64,000 nt of DNA from Saccostrea cucullata (taxonomy: Eukaryota): positions 1 to 64,000 of the forward strand of contig NW_026940237.1 in assembly GCF_032062105.1 (NCBI RefSeq), given 5' to 3'. Positions 12,401-24,162 of this stretch are shown here, one piece after another. Each line of letters starts with the position of its first letter. Within the stretch, counting starts at the first letter, position 1. The translations under genes were made by a program, and so were the position numbers. The notes under the pieces were generated by a model. It searched no databases and had not been told where the DNA came from. It saw nothing but the letters and a program-made list of their open reading frames with translations.

Positions 12401-14667
12401 ATGCTTAATTACCTACCCCTATGTAAAAGTAAACATTTGGCAGATAATTGAATTAGTATTATATACAGTATATAAATCAGGCTCATGCCAAATAAACCCT
12501 CGGCCCAAGATACCTTCATTCATAGATAAACTACGGTATTATGACGTCACTTTTACGACGTCACTTGTTTGTACTCACTAACACTTGGTACAGCGAAAGA
12601 ACTTGAGAACATTAGGGCACCACGTTCTTGTACATTTTTCATACGGCTTCTTGTACGAAACCTGCCTAAGCTTTTTAAACCTGGAATATTGTCCCATAAA
12701 TAAATAAATTTTAGTTCAATTCTGTTTTATTCCTTAACAAAGACAATAATCCATCCACCTACATTTCATGCATAATTATTAAACTCTCGGTACCAAAAGA
12801 AACCTAAATGAGAAAACAATTCGGGTTAGATGTGCATCCTCTCCGTGATTTATATTTCAGTCACCACTTCCGGTCACATGACCTTGTTACTCACTAGCAT
12901 TTTGTACAACGGAATAACTCGAGCACGTTAGGGCACCAGGTTCGTGTACAGCGTTCAAAGGGCTTACTATAAGACCGAGTTATGACGTCACTTTGTCTGT
13001 TTTGTAGAGAAGAAAGACAGTTAAATTAGACAGAAGAGAAAGTAGAAAGTTCCAGCAAGACTGTCTAGTTGTAAACTCTTGCTTTCCATATCAATCCCTG
13101 CCTTAAAAAACTGTATCCTTTCTTAATTGTATTAATCGTCAAAATTCAAAATTCATAATCTTTTTTAAAGAAATGACACCATATCGAATTTTTTAATCAT
13201 CATAATCAGGTAATCTTTCTTTTGAAACGTCTAAACTAACTTCAAAATACATGTACCAAGGAAAGCAAGAGTTTGTATACTATGAGGTCATGCCGGAGAA
13301 TTCCTTACTAGCACTGGGTACATCGGAATAAATTCCAGATGCTAGAACACCATGTCTGTGTACATTTCTGGTAGGGCACCTGTGTAGCCGTGGTGTACAC
13401 TTGTGTGTATCTGTAAAACAAAGGGAATTAACTCATACATATAGTTACAGAACACCTGAACAGCCGTGTTGTCATCTGGGCGCATCTGTAAAACAAAGGG
13501 AATTAACTCACACAGAGAGTGACAGGCCACCTTAACAGTAGTCATCTGTGCGTGTCTGTAAAACAAAGGGGATTAATTCATAACTGAAAGAGCACCTTAA
13601 CAGCCGTAGTTGTCATCTGTGCGTATATGTAAAACAAGGGGAATTAACTCCTACTGAGTAATAGGACACCTTAACAGCTCTGAAATACATTTTCATGCAT
13701 ATGCAAAACAAAATGTACGTGCAGCATCGGCATACAAAGAATGCGTTTATGATTTATTGCAGCTAACTAGATCCTGAGAATGTGACATCTTCTTTAATGA
13801 CGATTGACGAGTCTACACTCTACCTGAAGAGAGTCATAAAAGGGTGTAAAGTAAAGGGGGCAACAAGTTCGATTCAGACATAATACAACTATTTGGTATG
13901 ATTTAATGTTTGAATTGTGTTGATATGAATAAAATGTATTGTAATCATGCAAAAAATAGCAAGATAAAAATCCCGCAGATTTTATTTATTAACTAATTGA
14001 TAATATTATGAAAAACAAAAAGAAAAAAATTCCGAGTCAAATATCTGTGTTTGTTAATAAATGCTATTGCATGTACTAATGGACTCTTTTATATGCACTT
14101 ATGTTATTTTTGGCCTTGTAATTATGCATAAATTAGCACGCTTAAAATTTTGCAGTATTTTATGTATCAATCAACATCAGAAAAGCTCACTTGAGCTTCC
14201 GGCTCAAGTAAGCTAAAATGTAGTGAAACCTCAAAGCATTCTTATGAAGAAAACCTAAAAGAAAATTGATACAAAAAGGAGAAATAAATTGCTATTTTCC
14301 ATAAAGCTGTAATGCAGATCTATACTGAAAACAAATTAACTGTTTATTTATGTCAGCAATTTATGCTATATTGAGCAATATAACTGTCATTCATTATATC
14401 AGAAAATATACGTTTTTAAATGATATAAAATTAGAAAAATAGCTTTAAAATATCGTTACACATATTTAAATTTTAACTATATAAATTAATTTATTCATTG
14501 TCTTTTTTTAAACAAAGAAATATGTCCTTAAAAATTAAATACATAGGGAATACTTACGATACGGTTTTATCGCATACATTAGGATCTCCCTCGCTCAGAG
14601 CTCTCGTCAAGGAAAGACACGACAGAGCTACCAACGAGATTTGGACGAGACTTCGAGGCAGCTGCAT
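266..14667 (-). CDS. MEGF10: MEGF10/MEGF11-like (Draper/CED-1 family) engulfment receptor, multi-exon, 3' part continues beyond window start
   Basis: Coding exons in transcript order: 14558-14667, [12895-12996 and/or 12579-12680], 11438-11538, (11266-11344 damaged), 9814-9915, 9181-9325, 8729-8849, 7155-7291, 6758-6900, 6443-6512, 5987-6169, 5086-5198, 4823-4986, 4370-4478, 4025-4171, 3769-3906, 3456-3587, 3106-3234, 266-469. All introns are GT-AG, with matching phases apart from the damaged exon. Architecture: signal peptide + EMI (DPNVC...WC...RC...CC) + NIM + laminin-type EGF repeats + TM. Confidence 0.9.
722..2710 (+). mobile_element. Penelope-like retroelement (RT + GIY-YIG endonuclease), fragmented, in a MEGF10 intron
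   Basis: Frameshifted pieces: NLSKEEEKALKNLSDDPTII, FYGLPKVHK..FRPIV, IKFTME..MPFLDVLV, QYLHFGSSHP..AIPYNLARRI, CKNPRCGTC, and GIY-YIG NVIYVITCPGCKEYYIGET. Boundaries approximate. Confidence 0.88.
2601..2639 (+). ncRNA. Minimal type I hammerhead ribozyme at the 3' end of the Penelope-like element
   Basis: TAAGCTT-CTGAAGA-ttgaaaat-GAAA-GCGC-TA-AAGCTTA: 7-bp stem I, both core boxes, palindromic stem III; stem II degenerate. Confidence 0.7.
3106..3234 (-). CDS. MEGF10: MEGF10-like last EGF exon
   Basis: CPDGFYGTACKSKCSCENGGNCSKVDGSCDCASGFIGVSCSQ; phase 1-1. Confidence 0.9.
3456..3587 (-). CDS. MEGF10: MEGF10-like EGF exon
   Basis: CPSGRYGIRCNETCPDCQNHGVCHSTDGSCICPMGFYGATCNK; phase 1-1. Confidence 0.9.
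3769..3906 (-). CDS. MEGF10: MEGF10-like EGF exon
   Basis: CNEGFYGNSCRFQCQCGPNQTCDHVTGQCISTTCPAGFTGQICQY; phase 1-1. Confidence 0.9.
4025..4171 (-). CDS. MEGF10: MEGF10-like EGF exon
   Basis: VNCKSKCENGKWGENCDKTCTCFNKGSCDQEDGSCVCPPGYQGPQCLK; phase 1-1. Confidence 0.9.
4370..4478 (-). CDS. MEGF10: MEGF10-like EGF exon
   Basis: [36 protein letters not shown]; phase 0-1. Confidence 0.88.
4823..4986 (-). CDS. MEGF10: MEGF10-like EGF exon
   Basis: FTGPLCNELCDSGYHGNNCSERCDCRNDAYCNPRNGRCLCRPGYVGDTCDTECQ; phase 1-0. Confidence 0.9.
5086..5198 (-). CDS. MEGF10: MEGF10-like EGF exon
   Basis: CNKTCSNGWFGKDCTQPCPCENGGKCHFQSGRCNCLS; phase 2-1. Confidence 0.9.
5492..5925. mobile_element. Non-autonomous element with a long internal perfect hairpin
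   Basis: Short inverted ends (tatatcaca / tgtgatata), repeated ccggaaaca.ttatgtcac, 33-bp perfect inverted repeat 5790-5822/5838-5870. Confidence 0.55.
5987..6169 (-). CDS. MEGF10: MEGF10-like EGF exon
   Basis: CHPGTGECICSPGYNGFDCSETCPAPFYGDRCEKQCDCQNGALCHHVTGECQCATGYIGE; phase 2-2. Confidence 0.9.
6443..6512 (-). CDS. MEGF10: MEGF10-like EGF exon
   Basis: CDDWKFGSDCSKPCRCNTTHAD; phase 1-2. Confidence 0.88.
6758..6900 (-). CDS. MEGF10: MEGF10-like EGF exon
   Basis: CTEECPIGSYGMFCSKQCNCQNGGTCDHVTGHCRCVPGFVGPTCEIR; phase 2-1. Confidence 0.9.
7155..7291 (-). CDS. MEGF10: MEGF10-like EGF exon
   Basis: GDICSEPCEEGWYGSNCDQICNCYNNATCDPKTGSCICGPGYVGE; phase 0-2. Confidence 0.9.
7421..8550 (+). 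mobile_element. Helentron-associated non-autonomous element (HINE/DINE-like) with internal ~140-bp repeats
   Basis: 5' palindrome ttccccaaacgaagttggggaa, (tta)n(ttc)n microsatellite, repeated gcacgtgcgctgcaatctgattggct, 3' gggggaacat plus hairpin tgtaacgg-tc-ccgttaca. Confidence 0.7.
8729..8849 (-). CDS. MEGF10: MEGF10-like EGF exon
   Basis: CESRCPQGSIDAHCNSTCQCQNGAGCNTDTGSCSCKPGWK; phase 2-0. Confidence 0.9.
9181..9325 (-). CDS. MEGF10: MEGF10-like EGF exon
   Basis: YTGERCQTRCPDGSYGPNCQLMCQCQNGATCSATNGACFCPPGYHGG; phase 1-2. Confidence 0.9.
9814..9915 (-). CDS. MEGF10: MEGF10-like EGF exon
   Basis: CPPDTWGPNCQRQCDCSGHGQCDPDSGHCICAA; phase 1-1. Confidence 0.9.
9867..10073. repeat. 106-bp tandem duplication spanning a MEGF10 splice acceptor
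   Basis: 9867-9968 is repeated at 9973-10074 with few substitutions. Confidence 0.9.
10116..10990. mobile_element. Putative DNA-transposon remnant with repeated accatgcatcggaca motifs
   Basis: aattcaccatgcatcggaca near 10122 and inverted tgtccgatccatggtgaatt near 10965, plus internal copies; right end not defined. Confidence 0.45.
11266..11344 (-). CDS. MEGF10: MEGF10-like NIM-repeat exon, frameshifted/damaged in this sequence
   Basis: HCTSGCVNGNCTGPDT followed by LQFF* in frame; the second half of the repeat is degraded. Confidence 0.6.
11438..11538 (-). CDS. MEGF10: MEGF10-like exon, end of EMI domain
   Basis: TLYKTGYKQETRTLYRKQYNCCDGFVLSTGQCI; phase 2-1. Confidence 0.88.
12579..12680 (-). 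CDS. MEGF10: MEGF10-like EMI exon variant A
   Basis: FKKLRQVSYKKPYEKCTRTWCPNVLKFFRCTKC; cag/gtgag, phase 2-2, 102 nt. Confidence 0.85.
12895..12996 (-). CDS. MEGF10: MEGF10-like EMI exon variant B
   Basis: QSDVITRSYSKPFERCTRTWCPNVLELFRCTKC; cag/gtgag, phase 2-2, 102 nt. Confidence 0.85.
13375..13720. repeat. Degenerate ~72-bp tandem repeat, 4-5 copies
   Basis: Repeated atctgtaaaacaaagggaattaactca ... caccttaacagccgt. Confidence 0.85.
14558..14667 (-). CDS. MEGF10: MEGF10-like first coding exon: signal peptide and start of EMI domain
   Basis: MQLPRSLVQISLVALSCLSLTRALSEGDPNVCDKTV; acceptor cag just upstream of 14678, donor gtaag. Confidence 0.88.
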
Positions 14668-17600
14668 TATCCTTGGTCCTGAAACAAAAAAGTTTGTAGT
14701 CAGAAGGGGGGTCCATTAAATTAATAGAAAGTACGAAGGGATAAATTCTAAATGATAATAATTAATTCATCGTGTACATTGACAAAAAATAAAGAAAATA
14801 ACGGTTTATAATTATATAAGCATGCAATACTTTAGACCGTTGGCATTAATTATTTTGTATGTGTACTCAGTGCCGTTTGGCAGATTAATTATGAGTTAAG
14901 CGTGTCAGTCAAAATTATTATCAAAGTATACTAAATATTCCAGTCACATCGGGTAACTATTTGATTAAAGACCTCAAAACCAACATCGGAGAATTTGTAC
15001 ACAAGAAAAAGGGAAGTAAGTCGCGATTTTCAGTATGTTACTGATAAGAGTTATCGATCTTACAGTACCTTTTGAAGAAAACTTCAATTAGGAATTTGGT
15101 GTGTCTTATAGTTAATTGCATTCAATCGTAAAAGATTTCCAATTCAAATACAAGTATTTCTTGAAAGAATTAATGGGCGATATGGTTTGCAAGCTAAAAA
15201 CGAGGTGCAAGCGTCTCACTACCTATATATTGAAATGGCAACTGTTGAATTAGGTGAATAGACAAATGGAATTCATTAAATAGCTTAATTACTGAGTAAC
15301 TTTTGTTCAAATGAGAAGTCACTCAACAGACGTGACACGTAAGATAAAATTATGCCATCTCCCATGTAGAATTGTTCTTCGTTCCTCTCTCAGACACAAA
15401 GGAAGTGAATGTATTATGAGCCGATGGTAGAGAATGGAAATTATGTACTTCTTGTATTTGATTGAGTTAATTTTACAAAAAATATTATCCTTGTGTTTCT
15501 TGTCTAAGTGCGAAGGAGAGGGGTGTTTGCTTGTTTAGAATGCAGGCTATTGCGATATATAAACTTGTCCTGTATTTGTAGATCTTAGAACAATGTCGTT
15601 TTATTCTAATTTTAGGATTTGTCCAAATTTCTGAATTTTATAAATTACGATAAAACAAACATTTTTTTCCAAATCACTTGGTTCGACTCCATTTTAATTC
15701 ATATGATAATAATGCAATTGTAATACAGCTCTCAGCCAAGATTTATTTTTTTCATTCAATTACTTTTTTTTTTTACCAAAGGGGTTGGACATATAATTCT
15801 TAACTGACATTTCTTGATCGCCTGTAAATTTCCCTCTTGTTTTGAAATACTCCTGATTCCTGACGTTTTCGCTCCCTTTGAACTCGTCACAGCTGACGAA
15901 TAACTCAGGGACGACTTATCAATGCAATGTAATGTCTGACTTTTATGTCGATGTAAGCCGCGCTCTATAACACTTGTCCCCACACCCTCTGACAAAAACA
16001 GAGGTAAGAACGATTTTATTACTTCAGATTATGTCCAAACAAATCGTACATAATGTTTTTATGTATGATGAATATCAAATACACAACACTGAGATCTACT
16101 CCCGCCCCCGCCCCTTCTCTCCAGTCCTGAGACTTATTTTTATTTTAATGTCTAAAGAAAACGTATGTAAATGGAATATAACTTCAAAAAATGTGTTAAA
16201 TGTGAGCCTAAGACAGATACTAGTATTTTGTTGATCAAGAAAGAAAAAAAATTACTTGGAACTGTTAGTATACATGTATATGCTCATGCTATTGGAGAAA
16301 TGGTGTCAACTGTTAATTACAAATAAATCTAGCCATATAACGATGACAGGGACTAAAAAAACACACACAAAAACTGGGTTTGCAGGTTTTAATAAAAAAA
16401 TAATAAGAAATTGGAATATTTTGAGTTTATGCAGGATCTTATGAATAAATGAGAAGTACATTTGTAAATCACGTGAGAGCTATCTCATGAATAAACTGCA
16501 AATCATTTCTTTATATGAATTCCCCATATAAATTCCATCTTTAGACAAAATATTAAAATATGGAATGCACCAGGTGAACTGTTATAATTAATTTAATTAG
16601 GCGTTTTGACATGACTATAACATGAGATTAGCATGTATGAATTCAGTGCATTGATTTATTGGTAGAATATTAAGCCTCGGGGCAATGTTTTAAATTAAGA
16701 AATACAACACATCACATGTTTGGGATCGAAATTCCTTGAATTCTATCTAAATCTGAATTTCGCATTTATTTCTGAATTTAAAATGCAGGCACACATGGTG
16801 TATTGGCTAAATTTGAATCATTTTAACAGAAAGGGTAAACTAAATGTCTACAACTATACGTCATTCGAAACGAATTTAAAAACTGCACAGTCAGGCTTGG
16901 AATCTGAAGCCTCGATCAGCGTTCTTTTTCGTGACTGGAAATCTATTTATACGGAAAATGAGTAAGGTTTAATTGCATGTGATGCAGAAATGCTTACTTA
17001 TGGACCCAGTAAAACTTATGGAGATGGAGGTCGAAACAAAACAAAATATTAAAAACTGAATTTTATTTACAGTTGATGATTCCAGCAAAGCTCAGCATAG
17101 TCTTTTTGAAGTGTATAATGAATAGTACTTATAATATAGCATATCAACAACTTTCTCTCACATTAATAAGTCGCAAAAAAACCTATTAAACACGTTCATT
17201 TGTTTATCTCTGTGTTTATTCGTTCTAATGTTGTTCGCAATTAATATAAAAGAATAGACACACGGGATAAAAATCCCCCTGTCGTGTGAATAGCACCGTA
17301 ATTATTATGTCATCAGGCAGAAATAGCGTACTCATATAGCCCCGAGTACCATCTTTACCCAATACTCGGAAGTTATTCACCACCCAAAGTATCGTCACAC
17401 GCGTGATATTACGAGATTACAGGAGTAGTCCATGATTTAAATAGACTGGATGCCGGATAACCAGAAATAAAGGGATGAAAGTTTGTTAATACCAATTTAA
17501 TTTCAATTCAAGTCATGCTAACACAGACGTTCAGAAACGGATAATTTTTTATTTACTTTCAAGAATTTTATGTGCACGCATGCGCAAAGCGTATCTTTTA

Positions 17601-19104
17601 GACTTGAGATTCATGAAATTATCATTTTACGAAGAAAATGGTATGGTATCTATTGACCTCTTCGATGCTTTTCTTCTACCTCGCCCTCCTCTTAACCCCA
17701 ACCCCTTCATCCAAAGAAATAAAAGTTTCGCAGCCAAACACAAAATTCACAAGCAAGGAAATTCAACAAAGGCGTGATGAGGTCAAGACTCCCAGGCCAC
17801 AATTTTTCTTATAGCAAATACACAAAGATTCTTGGAAAGAAGTCAAAAGCATGTGTGCAGGTCATAGGGATGTCCCCATATTTCAACCATGCATTATGTC
17901 TTTTTCCTTGTTGATAGAGACTCGCATCCCGTTATCTGATTTCAAAGATGTACATTATGTGAAAAATATTTAACTTCAAAAAGCTTTAAATTATCAATTT
18001 AAAGGAGAATGAGATAAAAGACTTATGTGACATGTAAATGGCCATTAGTCAGGCATAACGACTTATATTATATGCATCTACATTGCGTATCTTTTTCTTC
18101 TTCTTTGTTGTACTTTTTCACTTACATTTTCTAGATAAATAAATCATATACCTGTAACTCTGTCCTGAAGTTATTTTCTATTAATTTTTTACATGTACAG
18201 TATATTAAGATGCTTTTGAGTGAATATCAGAGCTAACACTATCTGGAGAACTAGTGTGTTTAATTGACATTTAGAAATTTTCCCCGATAAAAGTAATGAA
18301 AGGATTTTGGTAAATTTCCCACTATGTCCCAAATGCCTTGATAAAACAGGTGCCCGAAGAGGAGAGAGGTCCTCAGATGCCACAGCAATGCCACAGTAAT
18401 ACAAATTTGTCATATAAACTCTGTCGTCAGAAACAAATGTAGGGAAAGTAAAACAGTTTCTTTAATGTTTGCCATATTTACGCTGAAGAAAGCGCGCGTA
18501 CTTCAAGTTTTTTTTTTTTTTTTATATATATATTTCTGCCCCAGCCAATACAAATGTCAATTAAAAGTTAATAAGAGTGTGAAAGTTCTGAAATAAAATT
18601 GTATCGAACACAACAAATTTAAAGAGACAATAGTGCTGCTCAGTGGATCTCATGAAATGGCCGTGTACACCTTTACACGGGTATTCAATTTAACATCTAG
18701 ATCTGTGTAACTGTATCTGTGTCTGTAGTTACACCTTCTATTGTCAGTTATACATTGTTTTTTCTAGGTCAATACCTTGAAACGTTAGTTTACAGTGAAA
18801 AAAAGTATAAAGTTCGTAGTGCCTTGCTTGACCTACATATTTACACACTGAGACATAAGAAGAAAAAGAGAATACATCTTTATTATTTAGATAAATACAG
18901 AGTAAAAGGAAGAATTTCGGATAAGTTTATATTGTATATATTGTTATATAGGTCTACAATATATTTTCCTTGTTGACATAATTACTAAAAAAATGTATCC
19001 ATAATCTTAAGCTTATATTGTTCATTTCCCCTTCTTATAGCTTAACATTTATAAACTTACATCGTAAATCGTAAACGAGTCCTTAAAAGTCACGATGATA
19101 TTAT

Positions 19105-19262
19105 TCCTTGATATCGATATCTTAATAACGATTCTTTAATATCGATACCTTAATAACGATTATTTTATATCGATACCTTAATAACGATTATTTTATATCG
19201 ATACCTTAATACCGATTATTTTATATCGATACCTTAATAACGATTCTTTAATATTGATAACC
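19105..19262. repeat. 28-bp minisatellite, ~5 copies
   Basis: tatcgataccttaataacgattatttta repeated. Confidence 0.9.
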
Positions 19263-21305
19263 TAAAACTGTACAGTACAAGAGCACTGAAAGCAATATCA
19301 CAACCCCCCCCCCCCCCCCCCCCCCGAAATCGATACGGTTTTCTTCCCAAATCCTTAATTGTGATGTTGCCTGAAAGTGATGCCGATACTAAGATATCGG
19401 TAATTTCATATCGAGATACTAACCTCTTTATATCAATAAACTTACCTTTATAGTACACAGCGTCCTTAACTACATGTATACCTAACTGTTTTTGATTTCC
19501 ATACCCTTTACTGCAGTTGGTTTATTTCTATATTTGTAACACACTCAGACTGGAAAAACCTATATCTATCTTACATCAAAGTTCCGTCTTTTGGAATTTC
19601 TATGTTTTATTTTATTGCTTTTAAAAGAAAACCAAGGTTTAAAATAGGGCATTGCCACCTTATTTCTGTCTATGTTTGAGTTAAAACAAGTGTGTCAAGC
19701 ATTAAACATTTTCTTTATTACAGTTCATCGATTGTAAACCTGTTTTACAATTCAATCCTAGTCCTTTAAAATATCTTTAACTGCACGGTAATGTTTATTG
19801 CAGTCAATTGTGATATATATTTATATCTTTAAAAAATCTAAATCAGGTTCTCCTACATAATGACTTTCATGTCGACTTTTGCAAGATATAAATCTCAGAA
19901 ATATCCTAGAAATAAAATGTCAGAAAGGGTACCGTCATGCAAAAATCTTTAGTTATGCTTTATGTAGTTTTTTTCTCTAGTGGAAACATGAGGGAATTTC
20001 ATGGACGACCTGAATACTTTTACCTCACCCCCACCCACCCCCTGTGCCACCTCCTGCTGGTTTGACGTCCATGGCCAAGGGCTTGAGGATAAGTTTGTCA
20101 TGTTGTAAATTTTGAATTCACCGGGTGTCAGTAAATACAAAATTTACATGACAAGTCCTTCACCCCACACCCTTACAATACTATAAATACAATTTTTTTT
20201 ATTCCAAAAATTCTTTTATTTCATTATTTTATTCCTTTTGTTAATACGATTGATTAATTTTAAAAACCAATGGCCAGATTTGGTCAATGTTTGATTTAAC
20301 CCTCCAAAACATTCAAAATCAACAATTCATTGTACTCCATTGTATCATTAGTCAAATTTCGTCAAAAATTCAAAAATGCCTATGTACTTTTAGAGTGCAG
20401 TCTTCTCTCAAGAATTATTACGCTTACCAGTGATAGACTAAGTTACAGAAACTTTCGTTACTGTCCAATACACCAAAGGCATTATGGACGGTAAGACAGC
20501 TCATGCATATTGTATGCTAAACCTCATGTAGAATTTGTAACTGCGGGATTTTATACAGGAAATAATATACTAGTATTTGGTTGTGAACAAATTATTTCAA
20601 AAGCATGTCTTTTTTTTTGAATGTGTCGATGAACTATAAACGTCAATTTTATTAAATGCAGAAGCATGATTCAAAAACAAAAGTAAAAAGTTTTGAATTT
20701 CCATTTTGAAATGATTTCTAAGAAATAAGCTTGTAATTTTTCTGATGAAAATCGAGGGCACATTTTTTTTTCTTGGTTAGGATCGTGTTTGGTTACATTC
20801 TATTAAAAAAATATTATTCTCTTATTTTGAAATTGGACCATTAAACCCTAACCCCTAGAGCCATCCCACCCCATCCCCCACCTCCACCATCACCAACACG
20901 CCCCTCCCATCATCTGACTAATAAGTAAATGTAAGTAAACGCAGTGTTACCGATGACAAATGTCAGGTGGCGGATTTTGAGTGGCGAAAGAAAACGATTT
21001 ATTCAGAGAATACAGCTTCACAAGCAATTCTATAGTTTATAATTTAATGTATGAGGAAGGTAAATTGACTATATATGTTTGTAGTTTGGTTTAGACTTAA
21101 GACAGGTAAAACATTTAGCCGAGGGGCTTCTCTTACACCTGTCTAATTATTAATACTAATTAGTTAGCAAGATCTTGTCAGACGTGTATAACACGTATAC
21201 TGCTGATTAATAACTAAGAGAATGTGCGCAAAATTAATCAACGCGGATTATCATTCGTCAGATCTCTCTATCTATCTTTGAGTCTCAATAATCCAAATAT
21301 GATAG

Positions 21306-21309
<4 letters not shown>

Positions 21310-21376
<67 letters not shown>
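21310..21376. repeat. (CT)n microsatellite
   Basis: Direct reading. Confidence 0.98.
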
Positions 21377-21377
<1 letters not shown>

Positions 21378-22863
21378 AGTAATCCAGATATGGTCGAATG
21401 CGTATATTCTGAGGTTAAATGACTCTATACACAAAAACATGAACACAAAGAAATGGCGATTTAAGCGAATAAAAAACAGAGAATCACCACTGGCCTGAAT
21501 GAGAGAATATCGTACCTGATAAAAGGCGTTATTCCACGGTCATCAAAATCAAAAGAATCACAAAAAACAGAATAATTGTCAGTGAATTATAAAACCATTG
21601 TATTCCCACTGTGTAATAGAATCAGACACTTTGAGGTTAAGTTTAAAATCCTGTCAGCTGATGTGTTTTAGTGTTTCGTAAAATTTATACTTATGTATAT
21701 AAGTAAATCATTCAAAAGTTTTAAAGATCCCGAACTTAGCCTAGCGTTGCGGAACAATCAGCGATAAGTATATTCTATATATGTGTGTTATTGACGAGTA
21801 TGGATGACAGAATGTATAAGACTGTCACGTGACCGCGGGGACATCCATCAACGAAGTGACGTGGGACGTCCGTGTTTCCCAGGGGTTAAGGGTCAAGAAT
21901 AAGGAAGAAGAAAAAAAACAAGTTTTTGTTACTTAATAACTAATAACAAAACAAGAAGTGTATATATGTATAGTTCTTCCATTACTTTTAAAAGGTATTC
22001 CAAATGTTTGATTTTTTTTTAAAATACCTATTACTTCTAGATTTATAGTTTTCGAAATTTTTTATGATATTTTGCCTCCAAAATAATGAGAGGTATGTTT
22101 AAATGGCGTGAAATTTCTTCCCACTGATTTAAGCATCTTGTCCCCTGACTGTGTTGTGATCGTTTCTGATCGTCCTGGGCGTAAACCGTTTTTGTAGACA
22201 ACACGCTCAATTAAACTATCTAATAAAACATTTTTATTTTTTTCTTTTCTTAAATAGAAATGGATGCCTATATATACAGGTAGCTATTTTCCTGTCCTTA
22301 GAAACGGCCGTTAGAGTGAAAGGACATGAGGCTACCGCTCGGATCTAGAGGAGGGCAGGGGTCGGAGGGGGGTTCCAGACCCCTCCCCCCGGTCTTTGCA
22401 GAGCTGTTAAACGTTTATGATAAACCAACCGAAAGTGACTTTAGACCCTTTTGCTTGTTAAGAAATTTCTTGCTTTGATTTTATTTTACTGGGTTGGGAA
22501 AAAAATCTGGATCCGCACCTGAGCCAGACAACTTTCTACCGACATGTTCTGTAACTCCTGAAAGGACATGATATGGTAATTGACGATTTTGCCAATTCAT
22601 TTGGGAAGTGGCACGTTTATAAACTTTATATTTCTATGTACTACATGTATTTTAATTGCACGACATATAGTTATATTTAAGGAAAGGAACTCGTAAGCTG
22701 AAAGAACTTGTTTCCTATTCTTTTGATTTATTCAATAAAATCATGTTCAATAAAAAAAACAGTGGCACGGTGTTTCTGGCATACACGTGATCTATTGGGA
22801 AATTATACTGGAAAGGGGAATAACTCGTTGTCATATTAACTTACTTACTCCAGGTTTGGTTGA

Positions 22864-23000
22864 CTTTATAGGTGGGTAACTCCGCTTGAAAAGCGGAAAG
22901 GTATTTAGTATATATTTGGGATGTCCGTCCGTCCGTCTAGCTGTCCGTCCGTCTGTCTGTTACACATTTTTACATGGCACATTTTTATCGACAAACGATT
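22864..23000 (+). mobile_element. HINE-like 5' end fragment
   Basis: Hairpin tccgctt-gaa-aagcgga followed by (gtcc)n/(gtct)n microsatellite. Confidence 0.5.
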
Positions 23001-23484
23001 GAGGGGCATTCAGTTGTTTTCAATCATTTCACTCGACACCCGTAATAAAAGTGTAGAATAGAGGCACCCCTAAAATCTAAAATCGATATCAAGTGTCGTA
23101 TACCTTCGCTCCTACTTGTCTATACTAGTATACTGTGATATTTTTTAAACGTGTAAATTTCAGCGATTTTTTTATAGATTTTTTAATGAGTGTTTTCAGA
23201 CACATTTAGAAAAACACGATACACAAAATACATGTACACCATCCTGAAACCAAGATAATATGTGTCCGCTTGACCTTATAGTTCTGTTTAACTGACTTTT
23301 ATCCCAGTATTTCATTCACATTTATTTTCTGTATATATACAAGTATTGAGGTATTTAATTAAAAGGTCTACAGAATTTAAGATTACAGAGTGTCATCTGA
23401 AGTTTCTAGTTGTAAGTCGGTTTGGCTGAAATTTTTTTCTAAAATAAGTGACAGAGTAGCATGCATTTCTTTTGTTGGTGGGGG

Positions 23485-23487
<3 letters not shown>

Positions 23488-23556
<69 letters not shown>
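23488..23556. repeat. (GT)n microsatellite
   Basis: Direct reading. Confidence 0.98.
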
Positions 23557-23557
<1 letters not shown>

Positions 23558-24057
23558 GTTTAGCTTTTTCTAAACTTAAACGACAGAATGCCATAACTTC
23601 GTACAGTTCCGCATTATATGACTGTTTTTCGGGGAAAGGAATGGCTTTTTCTAGACTTAGACTGTAGCAAACAAATAAAGCGGAATAACTGTAGATCGAC
23701 CAGTTCCAGACCGACATCTCTTGTACAGTGTATATTACAGAGTTGCCTCTCTTTGGTCTGTCACCAGTTATTAAAATTATGCATAATAAAATTTACGTTG
23801 TAAAACGAGAGGGGAAAATGAAATGCTACCTGAAGCAGTAAAGCTGAACAAAACTTTGAGATTTAAATCCCCCAGACAGGAACAAGCGATCAGCGAGTCA
23901 TTGTTTTCCTCCCATTAACGGGTTCATCGCGCCGCGTCCTAGCTCAAGTGTGGAGTATTGTCATAAATCACAGAGAGATTACGAATAGATCGATAGAGGA
24001 TACCCGGATCTCAAGAGGAAGAAGGAGAGAGAGAAACCCCGGGATAGACACAGGAGA

Positions 24058-24162
24058 TATAAAAGGTATATTGTCTGGGATTATAGCGGGGACACTTGAG
24101 GAGGGGGTACACGCGCACCTGTTATAACGTTATATATAGGGAATCGCAAACAACAGGTGAAG
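24058..24162 (+). promoter_or_regulatory. Candidate TATA promoter and non-coding first exon, possibly of ADAM10
   Basis: GC/GA-rich island, TATAAAAG at 24058, strong donor AAG|GTAAGA at 24162. The ADAM10 ATG exon begins with an acceptor (29510), so an upstream exon is expected. Confidence 0.35.

Noticed and set aside
12413-12530. Possible third EMI-like exon (donor-like GTAGGT on the minus strand)
   Set aside because: No cysteine pattern or similarity to the two real exons
23439-23717. (HT)n / (CV)n ORFs
   Set aside because: GT microsatellite
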